In this document: one piece after another, positions 22,658-32,275 of the stretch
Layout: every line of letters starts with the position of its first letter
Numbering within the stretch: the stretch's first letter is position 1
The notes under the pieces: model-generated
What the model was told of the DNA's origin: nothing
The model's database searches: none
Seen by the model: only the letters and a program-made list of their open reading frames with translations
Position numbers and translations under genes: made by a program
Assembly (NCBI GenBank): GCA_023432805.1
Contig: JAEYUG010000033.1
Coordinates: 2,654 to 66,653, forward strand
DNA from: Bacteroidota bacterium
GTDB lineage: Bacteria > Bacteroidota > Ignavibacteria > SZUA-365
Direction: 5' to 3'
DNA: 64,000 nt

Positions 22658-23425
22658 CTACAGACGAAACAGTCGACGGGCGTTGGCGGTGGTGACGGCA
22701 GCGAGGTGCTCGACACTGCAACCGCGCACGCCCGCAATGTACGCGGCGATGCGCGGGATGTGCATCGGCTCGTTCCGCTTCCCCCGGAATGGCACGGGTG
22801 TCATGAACGGCGCATCGGTCTCGAGCAGCAGACGGTCGTCGGGCACGAGGCGGATCACTTCGTCGAGATCCACCTTCTTGAATGTGACGTTGCCCGTGAA
22901 CGAGATGTGAAATCCCAGATCGAGCACGCGGCGGGCGACGTCGGCATCGCTTGAGAAGCAGTGGAACTGTCCCGCGAGCGCACCACGCTGAAACGAGCGG
23001 CAGATGTCGATGATGTCGTCATCGGCCTCGCGGTTGTGGATCACCACGGGCAGCGAGAGGCGCAGCGCCAGTGCAAGCTGTTCGCCAAGCACGCGCTGCT
23101 GCACGTCGGGCGTACAGAAATCGTAATGATAGTCGAGGCCGATCTCCCCGATGGCAACTGCCTTCTCGTGCAGGGCGGCGCGCTCGACCGTGGCGAGGTA
23201 GTCCGCCGGCAGCGCACCTGCGTCGTGCGGATGCACGCCGGCGGTGAACCATGCATCCGCGAATTCGCGAGCGATGGCTTCCGCCTGATGCATCGTCTCC
23301 AGCGTGGTGGCCGGTACGACAACGCGCGTGACACCCTCGGCGCGGGCGCGTGCGAACACGGCATCGAGATCGTCCTCGAAATCCTCCCAGAAGAGGTGAC
23401 AGTGGGTATCGACAAATTCGGTCAT
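22658..23425 (-). CDS. tatD: TatD-family metal-dependent hydrolase (DNase)
   Basis: MTEFVDTHCHLFWEDFEDD...; ATGA overlap with upstream gene. Confidence 0.9.
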   Translation of the reverse strand: MTEFVDTHCHLFWEDFEDDLDAVFARARAEGVTRVVVPATTLETMHQAEAIAREFADAWFTAGVHPHDAGALPADYLATVERAALHEKAVAIGEIGLDYHYDFCTPDVQQRVLGEQLALALRLSLPVVIHNREADDDIIDICRSFQRGALAGQFHCFSSDADVARRVLDLGFHISFTGNVTFKKVDLDEVIRLVPDDRLLLETDAPFMTPVPFRGKRNEPMHIPRIAAYIAGVRGCSVEHLAAVTTANARRLFRL

Positions 23426-24660
23426 GCGGAGCCGGAGTAAAAGGACATGGCGGCGAAGGTCACACCCGATGCGCGCTCCTCCTCATGCCACTGTTCGTAG
23501 GCGAGCAGGCGTCCGTGCGCGGGATGGGTCAGATCGAAGAAGGTCGTGATGCAGGCGTATCCATCGATGCGCGTGGCATTGCCATGCGCGCGCAGCAACC
23601 GCTCGAAGCCGGCGTGATCGCCGCGTGCGAGTGCCTCGAGCTGTGCCTGATCGCTCGCGCGCACCTCGGCGAGCATGTCGCATGCGTCGCGCTCGTCACC
23701 GAACTTGCGGCCGATGTGCGACCAGTCCACACTCATCAGGTACACCACGCGGCGTCCGAGGTCCCCGATGGCGCCCTGCACGGCGTCGATGAAGGTCCGA
23801 TACCGCTGATCCTCGCGCGGCGACGTGCCCGCATGCAGATGCTGCTCCATCGACGTACAGAGCACGGGCACGATGCGGAAGGTGCGATCGGCGAAGGCAT
23901 GCTGCAGAAAGAGCACCGGGAATTCGATCGAATGTTCGGGCCGGTGCGCGATGTCGTTGCGTGTGAACACATCCCCCGACCGCTCGCGGATGCGCGCCAC
24001 CAGCTCGGTATCGGTATGGCAGACGCCGAGCGGCGTGCGGTAATGCTTCGACGTGAGAATGAACGTGTCTTCATCCGAATAGTGACTCGTGCCGAGCAGC
24101 ACCACGGTGTCGAACTCCGCATTGCCGAGCGCGCGGATGGCGGGCACGTAGACGGCGGGACCGACCTGCAGATCGATGTGCGGCGTGATGACACCGACAG
24201 GCGCTTCGCGCGGGATCTCGCCATGGTTGGCGGTCATGTGTGCACGCAGGAAGCCGTCGAGCGCATCCGGATCATCATCGTACGAGGCACCGGCGTGCAC
24301 CGCTTCCCTGATGGGAAGCGCCCGCCACGCATCCTCGACTTCCTGCCGCCGGGCACGGAAGCGGTCATCGTCGAGCAGGAGATTGTCGGCAAGCGCGCGT
24401 GCGAGTTCGGCTACGGAGGCTTCCGCAATGTCGATGCGGTGTTCGGCGCGAAGCATTGCACAGAGGTCGGCCGCGGAGCGCGATCCATCCATCAGCATGA
24501 GCAGGGCCCAGGCCTCCGGACGCAGGCGCATCATCCGATCGGAGTAGCCGTGGGGATCGCGAAGGACGATGAAGGATTCGCCGTCCTGCTCGAGCGGGAA
24601 GGCGTCGAGGTCGCGGCGCAGCGGGGAGAGGATGCGCGAGGGTGTGGCGTCAGGGTGCAT
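23422..24660 (-). CDS. MEMO1-family protein (AmmeMemoRadiSam system protein B-like)
   Basis: ITPHIDLQVGPAVY...VVLLGTSHY...VDWSHIG motifs; start MHPDATPS at 24660; upstream part of ORF 23422..25236 is out-of-frame overlap with the ATPase gene. Confidence 0.75.
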   Translation of the reverse strand: MHPDATPSRILSPLRRDLDAFPLEQDGESFIVLRDPHGYSDRMMRLRPEAWALLMLMDGSRSAADLCAMLRAEHRIDIAEASVAELARALADNLLLDDDRFRARRQEVEDAWRALPIREAVHAGASYDDDPDALDGFLRAHMTANHGEIPREAPVGVITPHIDLQVGPAVYVPAIRALGNAEFDTVVLLGTSHYSDEDTFILTSKHYRTPLGVCHTDTELVARIRERSGDVFTRNDIAHRPEHSIEFPVLFLQHAFADRTFRIVPVLCTSMEQHLHAGTSPREDQRYRTFIDAVQGAIGDLGRRVVYLMSVDWSHIGRKFGDERDACDMLAEVRASDQAQLEALARGDHAGFERLLRAHGNATRIDGYACITTFFDLTHPAHGRLLAYEQWHEEERASGVTFAAMSFYSGSA

Positions 24661-25639
24661 CGGGACGGCAGGGTTCGTACAGGAGGCAGCGTACGTGATG
24701 TCCCTCGCCGATGTCGGCCATGCGCGGCACGATCTGCGAGCAATCGGCGAAGCGCTGCGGGCAGCGGGTGTGGAAGGGGCATCCTTCGGGCACGTCGACG
24801 GGGATCGGAACATCGCCCTCGAGGAGGATGCGTTCGCGGCGGCGACGCGGATCAGGCACGGGCGCCGCGAGGATGAGGGCAGCCGTATAGGGATGCAGGG
24901 GCTCGTGCATGACGCGTTCGGCGCTGCCGAGCTCGACAATGCTGCCGAGGTACATGACGGCGATGCGGTCGGCGATGTGACGTACGACGGCAAGGTCGTG
25001 GCTGATGAACAGGTACGAAAGGCCGAAGGACCTGCGCAAGTCGAGCAGGAGGTTGAGGATCTGTGCCTGTATCGAGACGTCCAGTGCGGAGACGGGCTCA
25101 TCGCAGAGAATGAAGTCGGGCTCGACGGCGAGGGAACGGGCGATGCCAATGCGCTGGCGCTGTCCGCTGGAGAATTCATGCGGATAGCGCCGCATGTGGA
25201 AGCTGTTGAGTCCCACGATGTCGAGCAGTTCCGCAACGCGCGTGTCGCATGCGTCGGCGGGTACGATATCGTGCACCATGAGCGCTTCCCGGATTGCGCT
25301 TCCGACAGATATCCTGGGATTCAGAGACGCGTGGGGATCCTGAAAAATGATCTGCGCGCGCTTGCGGAAGGACTTGAGCGCGGAACCACGGAGCTGTGTC
25401 ACGTCGATGCCGTCGAAGGTGACATTGCCCGCAGTGGGCTTGAGCAGGCAGAGGATGATGCGTCCGAGCGTGCTTTTGCCACAGCCGGATTCGCCGACAA
25501 GCCCGAGAATCTCCCCGCGATGGACGCAGAAGCTCACGTTGTTGACAGCCTGCACGTACCCGGAGATCTTTGAGAAGATGCCGCGCCGGATGGGGAAACG
25601 CATTCCGACCTCGCGCACCTCGACGAGCGACGATCCCAT
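24650..25639 (-). CDS. Oligopeptide/dipeptide-type ABC transporter ATP-binding protein (OppF/DppF-like), orphan
   Basis: GESGCGKSTLGR Walker A, LSGGQRQRIGIARSLAVEP, C-terminal CPFHTRCP...C cysteine motif; no permease or SBP adjacent. Confidence 0.8.
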   Translation of the reverse strand: MGSSLVEVREVGMRFPIRRGIFSKISGYVQAVNNVSFCVHRGEILGLVGESGCGKSTLGRIILCLLKPTAGNVTFDGIDVTQLRGSALKSFRKRAQIIFQDPHASLNPRISVGSAIREALMVHDIVPADACDTRVAELLDIVGLNSFHMRRYPHEFSSGQRQRIGIARSLAVEPDFILCDEPVSALDVSIQAQILNLLLDLRRSFGLSYLFISHDLAVVRHIADRIAVMYLGSIVELGSAERVMHEPLHPYTAALILAAPVPDPRRRRERILLEGDVPIPVDVPEGCPFHTRCPQRFADCSQIVPRMADIGEGHHVRCLLYEPCRPDAP

Positions 25640-25729
25640 GTTCTGCACCGTCCTTCTCCCGCCCGATGTGGCGCCGGCTGTCTGCGTACCTCTTGTCGCG
25701 TCGTCCATGGCTTCAAAATAGCCACTGCC

Positions 25730-25761
25730 AGACTCGCAACGAAACAGACTCGCAACGAAAC
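25730..25761. promoter_or_regulatory. Two tandem 16-bp direct repeats AGACTCGCAACGAAAC in the divergent intergenic region, with a partial inverted copy (TTTCGTTTGCG) about 25 bp downstream
   Basis: Seen directly; lies between the divergently transcribed ATPase/MEMO operon and the partner-switching operon. Confidence 0.3.
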
Positions 25762-25958
25762 CCGGACGCGATGCGCGTTTCAGCCTTTCGTTTGCGATAT
25801 TGCGGGGGCAGCGCAATACGATCGGCCGGCGATGGCTTCCGCAGTGCGGTTTCGGATGTGACCGCAGGTGCGGTGCAACATTCGCCCCCCGACGGCGTAC
25901 GATCAGAAACGAATTGTCGCGCCTCCGACATGTCCATCCACCACCACTGTCGCACCGC

Positions 25959-28211
25959 ATGAGACTCGAACGCAAGGTCCTGGTGATCGTCTCGATCATT
26001 GCGTTCGGCGTGGACTTCCTGTACCTGGTCGCACGCAATGCCCTCCAGGATGGGGCGGGTCCCTCAGCGGATCTGTTCCATCTCGTGCTGATGCTCATCG
26101 GCGCAGCGGCATTGACCGTCTACGCGCTGCGCATCCGCGGACACGCCGAGCACAATCCCCTCCGTGTGATCGGCATCGTGGTAGGCATCGCGACGGGACT
26201 CCTCCTCCTGCTCGGTCTGTTGCAGCTGTCGACCGGTACCGAGTTCGTGATGACCGGCAAGGGATTCGGTCCGCGCAACGTCGTCAGCGTGCTGGTCGCG
26301 ATCCTGATCGGCATCACCGCGCTTGCGGGGGGCATCTTCATGTCGGTCTCCCTTGCAGAGCTGATCTTCGTCAAGCGTCGCCGCAAGACCAGGCGCAACT
26401 TCGTGCTGCTGCTTTCGATCACCGCACTCTACGCCGTGCTCGCCGCGTTCATCGACCCTTCGCTCGACGGTGACACACCCTGGCACGTGACGCTGCTGTT
26501 CGTCGTCATGCTGGCGATCATGCTCGTCAACACCTTCCGCTTCTCGTGGATCCTTGTGCTCTCACGCCGCGAAAAGCTCTTCAACCTGCTCCTCTCCTTC
26601 TTCGGCTTCGTGTTCTTCACGATGCTCGCCACCGACATCACCGTACTGACCAGCGATCCCCTGAGCGGCGGGTTGCTGCATCACGCCGTTCGCTACTACC
26701 ATCCCCTCGTCTGGGCGACCGTGTCTTCGGTCTGCCTGTTCGGCGCACTGTACATGGGCATCGGCTTCGCCAGCACCCTGCTGCATCTGCCGACGGCCAA
26801 GGAGTTCGACCGCAAGAAGGTGGAAATCAGTTCCCTCCAGAACATGGGCCGCCTTGTCACCCAGGTGTTCGACTTCGAGGAACTGGTGGGAACAAGCACG
26901 GCACTCGCGCTGGATGTGTGCGAGGCGAACGCCGCGTGGCTCGAGCTCGCCATCCCCGATACGCAGGTGGCGGGATCGACCGATGCACACCTCGCCCTCA
27001 CGTCGGAAGCCACCGCCGACGCCGGCTTCGATGTGATCAGCGAATCCCTGCGCGGCATCACCATCGATCAGATCATGCGCATGCGCATGGATGGCGGGCA
27101 GCATCTGCGCGAACTCGTCGCCGAGACCGCACGCGCCATCGTCATTCAGGACGTGCAGGCCGACCGGCGCCTGAACGCGGCACAGTTGCACACGATCGGC
27201 ATCGGATCGCTCGCCCTCGTGCCCCTGCTCAGCCACGACCGCCTCATCGGCATCCTCGGCGTGGTGAAGAAGAATCCCTACGAATTCGACAAGGACGTGC
27301 TCACCGTGCTCTACGCCTTCGCCGACATGGTGTCGATCGCGCTCGAGAACAGCCGCCTGATCGAGGAGAGTCTGCGTCGCGAGCGCTTCCAGCAGGAGAT
27401 CCGCGTGGCGCAGGACATGCAGCGCAGTCTGCTGCCTGTGCTGCTTCCCGTCGCAGACACCTACGCGCTCGCCGCGACGAGCCTGCCGGCGTATGAAGTT
27501 GGTGGGGACTATTACGACGTCGTGCAGCTCGACAACGACAGGCTCGGTATCACCATCGGCGACGTGTCGGGCAAGGGTGTGTCTGCAGCGTTGTACATGG
27601 CGCAGGTCAAGGGCATCTTTCAGACGCTGAGTTCGCACGGACTCTCCACCCGAGAGAGTCTCATGGCGATGAACGAGACACTGCGCAAGAACATGGATCG
27701 CCGCTCGTTCATCAGCCTGATCTACGGCGTGCTCGACATCCGCACCGGCCACCTGCGCTTTTCGCGTGCGGGTCATTGTCCGCTGCTGTATATTTCGCGA
27801 CAAACCGTGCGTTTTCTTCGTCCCGACGGCATGGGCCTCGGATTGTCGGGGACAGAGCAGTTCGCATCCTCGCTCAAGGAAGAGGAGGTTCAGCTCGAAC
27901 CCGGTGATGTCATGGTGCTCTACACCGACGGCATCACGGAGGCGAAGACCAGGTCCGGTGATGAATTCGGCACCGATCGCCTCGCACACATCGTTGAACA
28001 ACTGCAACACGAATCCGTTGAAACCATCATGACGTCCATCGTCAAAACCGTGAAAGAGTATACAGGAGCCGGCGAAGCCGAGGATGACATGACCGTCATG
28101 GTCTTGCGTTGGGATGGCGCGGCCTCCGGCGCATCCGACCCTGCGTCGGGAGGACGCGACGCGCACGCGCACGGCATCGGGCAGCCACAGCAAGAAGGAG
28201 CGGCAGCATGA
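25959..28211 (+). CDS. Membrane-bound GAF-domain PP2C-type serine phosphatase (RsbU/SpoIIE-like) with ~8 N-terminal TM helices
   Basis: N-terminal hydrophobic helices; GAF-like central region; C-terminal PP2C motifs GGDYYDVVQLDNDRLGITIGDVSGKGVSAALYM ... TDGITEA. Confidence 0.85.
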   Translation: MRLERKVLVIVSIIAFGVDFLYLVARNALQDGAGPSADLFHLVLMLIGAAALTVYALRIRGHAEHNPLRVIGIVVGIATGLLLLLGLLQLSTGTEFVMTGKGFGPRNVVSVLVAILIGITALAGGIFMSVSLAELIFVKRRRKTRRNFVLLLSITALYAVLAAFIDPSLDGDTPWHVTLLFVVMLAIMLVNTFRFSWILVLSRREKLFNLLLSFFGFVFFTMLATDITVLTSDPLSGGLLHHAVRYYHPLVWATVSSVCLFGALYMGIGFASTLLHLPTAKEFDRKKVEISSLQNMGRLVTQVFDFEELVGTSTALALDVCEANAAWLELAIPDTQVAGSTDAHLALTSEATADAGFDVISESLRGITIDQIMRMRMDGGQHLRELVAETARAIVIQDVQADRRLNAAQLHTIGIGSLALVPLLSHDRLIGILGVVKKNPYEFDKDVLTVLYAFADMVSIALENSRLIEESLRRERFQQEIRVAQDMQRSLLPVLLPVADTYALAATSLPAYEVGGDYYDVVQLDNDRLGITIGDVSGKGVSAALYMAQVKGIFQTLSSHGLSTRESLMAMNETLRKNMDRRSFISLIYGVLDIRTGHLRFSRAGHCPLLYISRQTVRFLRPDGMGLGLSGTEQFASSLKEEEVQLEPGDVMVLYTDGITEAKTRSGDEFGTDRLAHIVEQLQHESVETIMTSIVKTVKEYTGAGEAEDDMTVMVLRWDGAASGASDPASGGRDAHAHGIGQPQQEGAAA

Positions 28212-28561
28212 GTGATTTCAATGTCGGCGTGCGGCATGTGGACCGTGTGACCGTGCTCGACCTGCGCGGGTACCTCGACGCACATACCGCACCCGAACTC
28301 GAACGGGCCTTCCAGTCCAACATCGACAACAGCCGCTTCAATCTCGTGGTGAATTTCTCGGAACTCTCGTACATCTCGAGTGCGGGGCTCGGTGTGCTCA
28401 TGCAGTTCATCGAGGATGTGCGCCGCAACGAGGGAGACATCAAGTTGACGAACATGTCGGCGCGTGTCTACAACGTCTTCGATCTGCTCGGCTTCCCCAT
28501 GCTCTATGAGATCTACCCCGACGAAGGGGATGCCGTCGCGAAGTTCCAGAACAATTCCTGA
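28208..28561 (+). CDS. STAS-domain anti-sigma-factor antagonist (RsbV/SpoIIAA-like)
   Basis: MSDFNVGVRHVDRVTVLDLRGYLDAHTAPELE...LSYISSAGLGVL (conserved phosphorylatable Ser context); ATGA overlap. Confidence 0.85.
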   Translation: MSDFNVGVRHVDRVTVLDLRGYLDAHTAPELERAFQSNIDNSRFNLVVNFSELSYISSAGLGVLMQFIEDVRRNEGDIKLTNMSARVYNVFDLLGFPMLYEIYPDEGDAVAKFQNNS

Positions 28562-28618
28562 TCCTCTCCGTATCCCCACGCAACGCACAGCGACGCACCG
28601 CAGCCTCCGACGGCGCAC

Positions 28619-29083
28619 GTGACCACTCCCGACCGACATATCGACCGCACGCTGGAAATCAACAGCCGCACCGACCTGCTCGGTGATGTGCGCGCCTTCG
28701 TGACGCGCGCGGCGGCGGATTTCGGATTCGGCGGCGACGACGTCGGTGCCATCGAGCTGGCGGTGGATGAGGCGATCACCAACATCATCAAGCATGCCTA
28801 CAAGTACGATCCCTCCGGCGTGATCCGCGTCGTGGTCACGACCCAGGAGAACGGCGAGGGACGCGGCCGCTTCACCGTCAGCATTTCGGATACGGGTATT
28901 TCGTTCGACACCTCGCGCTACCATGCTCCCGACATGGCCGAGTACTTCCGCACGCTGCGACGCGGCGGACTCGGCATCGTGCTGATGAACAAGCTGATGG
29001 ACGAGGTCATCTACGACATCCATCCCGGTGCGGCGAACCACCTGCGCCTGGTCAAGTACCGCGCCTCCTCCTCCCTTTCCTGA
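28619..29083 (+). CDS. RsbW/SpoIIAB-like anti-sigma regulatory serine kinase (HATPase_c)
   Basis: ELAVDEAITNIIKHAY (N-box) ... ISDTGISFD ... GGLGIVLMNKLMDEV (G-boxes); GTG start. Confidence 0.8.
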   Translation: MTTPDRHIDRTLEINSRTDLLGDVRAFVTRAAADFGFGGDDVGAIELAVDEAITNIIKHAYKYDPSGVIRVVVTTQENGEGRGRFTVSISDTGISFDTSRYHAPDMAEYFRTLRRGGLGIVLMNKLMDEVIYDIHPGAANHLRLVKYRASSSLS

Positions 29084-29099
29084 TCGCGTCGATCGCGGC

Positions 29100-30881
29100 A
29101 TGACCGATCCGACGCACGCTCCCCTGCCTGCTGCACCGCAAGGCGACAACGCGACGCGACGTGCGGGCGATGCCTATTCCGACAGCGCGGCACTGCTCGA
29201 ACTCAGTTCCATCCTCAACGCCTCGCTCGATCTCCCCTTCATCCTCAGCAACGTACTGCTCTCGCTCATGGGCAAGCTGCTTGCCACCCGCGGCGTCGTG
29301 CTGGTCGAGCACGACCAGTGGTGCTATCGCGTCGCGAGCCTGAAGGGCGTGACGGGCCGCAGCCTCGACACCGAATTCGTGCTGCCCGTCGACTGGCCGG
29401 GGTTCCTCGCTCTCGACACCCTCGACGACACCCTCGACGAACACGTGCGCGAATTCGCGAACTGCTGCAGGGAATGCGGCATCCGTGTGCTCGTGCCGAT
29501 GCGTGTCGAGGAGCGCATGGTCGGCGTGATCGGTCTCGGTGCGCGACTCAACGGCGCGGACTATGACGCGCCCGCCGTCACCTTCATCGAGAGCGTCGCC
29601 GCCGTGGCGGCATCCGCCGTGAAGAACGCCGTGACGATCGACGCCCTGCGCGATGCCAACCGCCGGCTCGACGCCAAGTATCAGGAGATGAACACGCTCT
29701 TCGAACTCAGCCGCGAAATGACGGGCACCTTCGATGAGCAGAACATTCTGCGCGTGCTCGGCTACGCGCTCATGGGCCAGATGCGCGCCATGCGCTATGT
29801 CGTGTTCGTGCGCGATGGCGACACCATGCGTCCCACACTCGTGCGCATCGACGGCGTCGACACGGATGTCGATCACGCGCGCGACATGCTCGCCTGCACC
29901 CGGCCCGTACGACTCGGTGCAGACCACCAGCCCGCATCGGCATTCGAGCAGTGGATGCTCTCGCTGGGCATCGGTGTGATCATTCCGATGATCGGACAGC
30001 GGCAGGTTCGCGGACTGCTCTGCATCGGCGAGCGGCTCGGGGGACAGCCCTTCGACAGCGCGGAAATCGAATACCTCGGTGCGCTCGCAAACATCACGAT
30101 GAGTGCGCTCGAAAACGCGCGCCTCGTCAAGGAAACCGTCGAGAAGGAGCGCCTCGAACGCGAGCTCGATCTCGCGCGCACCATCCAGAAGGGCCTGCTG
30201 CCCGACCACCTGCTCTCGCCCGACGGCTATCACGTCGCCGCGCTGAACGAATCGTCGCAGCAGGTCGGCGGAGACTACTACGATGTGATCGCCCTCTCTC
30301 CGACACGCAGCGTACTCGCGATAGGTGATGTTGCAGGAAAGGGCATCCCCGCCTCGCTCCTCATGGCCAATGTGCAGGCCGCGTTCCGCACCATCATCCC
30401 CCTCGGTCTCTCCCCTGCGGAAGCCACCGCGCGCATCAACATCCTCGTGCACGCCAACACCGCAATCGACAAGTTCATCACCTTCTTCTGGGGTGTGCTC
30501 GACACCGAGGAACACACCTTCACCTACGTCAATGCGGGACACAATCCCCCCTGCCTCGTCCGTGCCGACGGCACGCTTTCGCTGCTCGAACATGGTGGCC
30601 TGATCCTCGGCGTCATGCCCGATCCGCCGCCCTACGCCAGCGACACCGTCTCGCTGCTGCCCGGTGACACCCTCGTGTTGTACACCGACGGCGTGAACGA
30701 AGCGCTCTCGAGCGAGATGAAGGAATTCGGGGATGACCGCCTGCAGCAGCTGATCATCGAACAGTCCGGCGTGGACGCAGACCGCATGCTGGAAGCCGTG
30801 CGTGACGCCGTACACGACTTTACCACCGGAGCACCGCAGTCCGACGACATCACACTGCTGGTCCTGCACCGCCTCCCCTGA
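29100..30881 (+). CDS. Cytoplasmic tandem-GAF PP2C-type serine phosphatase (second RsbU/RsbP-like phosphatase)
   Basis: VGGDYYDVIALSPTRSVLAIGDVAGKGIPASLLMA ... LYTDGVNEA PP2C motifs; no TM segments. Confidence 0.85.
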   Translation: MTDPTHAPLPAAPQGDNATRRAGDAYSDSAALLELSSILNASLDLPFILSNVLLSLMGKLLATRGVVLVEHDQWCYRVASLKGVTGRSLDTEFVLPVDWPGFLALDTLDDTLDEHVREFANCCRECGIRVLVPMRVEERMVGVIGLGARLNGADYDAPAVTFIESVAAVAASAVKNAVTIDALRDANRRLDAKYQEMNTLFELSREMTGTFDEQNILRVLGYALMGQMRAMRYVVFVRDGDTMRPTLVRIDGVDTDVDHARDMLACTRPVRLGADHQPASAFEQWMLSLGIGVIIPMIGQRQVRGLLCIGERLGGQPFDSAEIEYLGALANITMSALENARLVKETVEKERLERELDLARTIQKGLLPDHLLSPDGYHVAALNESSQQVGGDYYDVIALSPTRSVLAIGDVAGKGIPASLLMANVQAAFRTIIPLGLSPAEATARINILVHANTAIDKFITFFWGVLDTEEHTFTYVNAGHNPPCLVRADGTLSLLEHGGLILGVMPDPPPYASDTVSLLPGDTLVLYTDGVNEALSSEMKEFGDDRLQQLIIEQSGVDADRMLEAVRDAVHDFTTGAPQSDDITLLVLHRLP

Positions 30882-30900
30882 TCCATCTCGACGCGCACCC

Positions 30901-32196
30901 ATGACCGATACCGCCACCGCTCCCCGCATCCTTCCCGAACCACCCGCCATCTTCCGCTGGCTGGTGCTCATCGTCATCAGCCTCGCGATGTTCGGGAACT
31001 ACTACATCTATGATTCGATCAGTCCCCTCGCCGACGTCCTCGTCTCACAGCTCGGTTTCACCGATGCAAACATCGGTCTGCTGCAGGGCATCTACAGCAT
31101 CCCGAACATCATCATGGTGCTCATCGGCGGTGTGATCATCGACCGGATCGGCACGAAGAAATCCATTCTGATCTTTTCGCTGTTCTGCTTCGCCGGTGCG
31201 GTGCTCACCGCCTCGGCCGGCGACCTCACCGTCATGGCAGCCGGACGTCTTCTCTTCGGTCTCGGCGCCGAGTCGATGATCGTGGCCGTCACCACCTCCC
31301 TCGCCCGCTGGTTTAAGGGCAAGGAACTCAGCTTTGCATTCGGTCTCAATCTCACCATCGCACGACTCGGCTCCTTTGCTGCGCTGAACTCGCCGACCTG
31401 GGCGCGCGGACTGTATGACTCGTGGCAGGAACCGCTGCTGCTCTCGGTCGGTGCCGGTGTGATCTGCATCGCGACTGCGCTCATCTACTTCGGGCAGGAC
31501 GGCTATGCATCGCGCCGCTATACACTGGCCGGCGCGGGTGAAACCGACAAAGTCGCGTTCAGCGACATCTTCAAGTTCGGCGGATCGTATTGGTTCGTCG
31601 TACTGCTGTGCATCACCTTCTACTCGGGCATCTTTCCCTTCCAGACCTTCGCCATCAAGTTCTTCCAGGATGCGCACGGCGTGTCGCGCGAGACGGCGGG
31701 ATTCCTCTCGAGCATGCTCACCCTGTTCGCGATGATCGCCACGCCGCTCTTCGGTCTGCTCGCCGACAAGATCGGGAAGCGCGCACTGTTCATGATGTTC
31801 GGTTCGATCCTTCTCATGCCCGTGTACCTCATCATGGCCTACACCGACATCAGCCTGTATGTGCCGATGGCGATGATGGGCATCGCCTTCTCGCTCATTC
31901 CCGCCGTCATGTGGCCCTCGGTTACCTATCTCGTCGACGGCTCCCGCCTCGGCACCGCCTACGGCATGATGACGATGATCCAGAACATCGGACTGGCGGG
32001 ATTCAATCTCCTGATCGGCTACGTGAACGACGCTTCCGCTGCGAGTGCCGCAAACCCCGACGGCTACACCAATGGCATGCTGATCTTCTCCATCCTCGGC
32101 TTCGCCGGATTCCTCTTCGCCTTCCTGCTCAGACGACGGGAACTGGGTCCCCACGGCCACGGCCTCGAGACGATCACGACGAAGACCGGCGCGTAG
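30901..32196 (+). CDS. MFS transporter (12 TM)
   Basis: Hydrophobic 431 aa, MFS loop motif GGVIIDRIGTKK. Confidence 0.85.
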   Translation: MTDTATAPRILPEPPAIFRWLVLIVISLAMFGNYYIYDSISPLADVLVSQLGFTDANIGLLQGIYSIPNIIMVLIGGVIIDRIGTKKSILIFSLFCFAGAVLTASAGDLTVMAAGRLLFGLGAESMIVAVTTSLARWFKGKELSFAFGLNLTIARLGSFAALNSPTWARGLYDSWQEPLLLSVGAGVICIATALIYFGQDGYASRRYTLAGAGETDKVAFSDIFKFGGSYWFVVLLCITFYSGIFPFQTFAIKFFQDAHGVSRETAGFLSSMLTLFAMIATPLFGLLADKIGKRALFMMFGSILLMPVYLIMAYTDISLYVPMAMMGIAFSLIPAVMWPSVTYLVDGSRLGTAYGMMTMIQNIGLAGFNLLIGYVNDASAASAANPDGYTNGMLIFSILGFAGFLFAFLLRRRELGPHGHGLETITTKTGA

Positions 32197-32218
32197 CTGC
32201 GCGACCGATCTGTAAACA

Positions 32219-32252
32219 CACGACGCCCGGTCCGAAAGACCGGGCGTCGTTG
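32219..32252. terminator. Bidirectional intrinsic terminator between convergent genes (CGACGCCCGGTC-cgaaa-GACCGGGCGTCG, T-tract after)
   Basis: Perfect 12-bp stem between the MFS stop (32196) and the DUF362 stop (32276). Confidence 0.55.
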
Positions 32253-32275
32253 CATGTGCCTCGCGCGCGGGATGT

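Noticed and set aside
25959-30881. Sigma factor as output of the partner-switching module
   Set aside because: No sigma-70-family ORF exists within or adjacent to the module in this window; the next gene is an MFS transporter.
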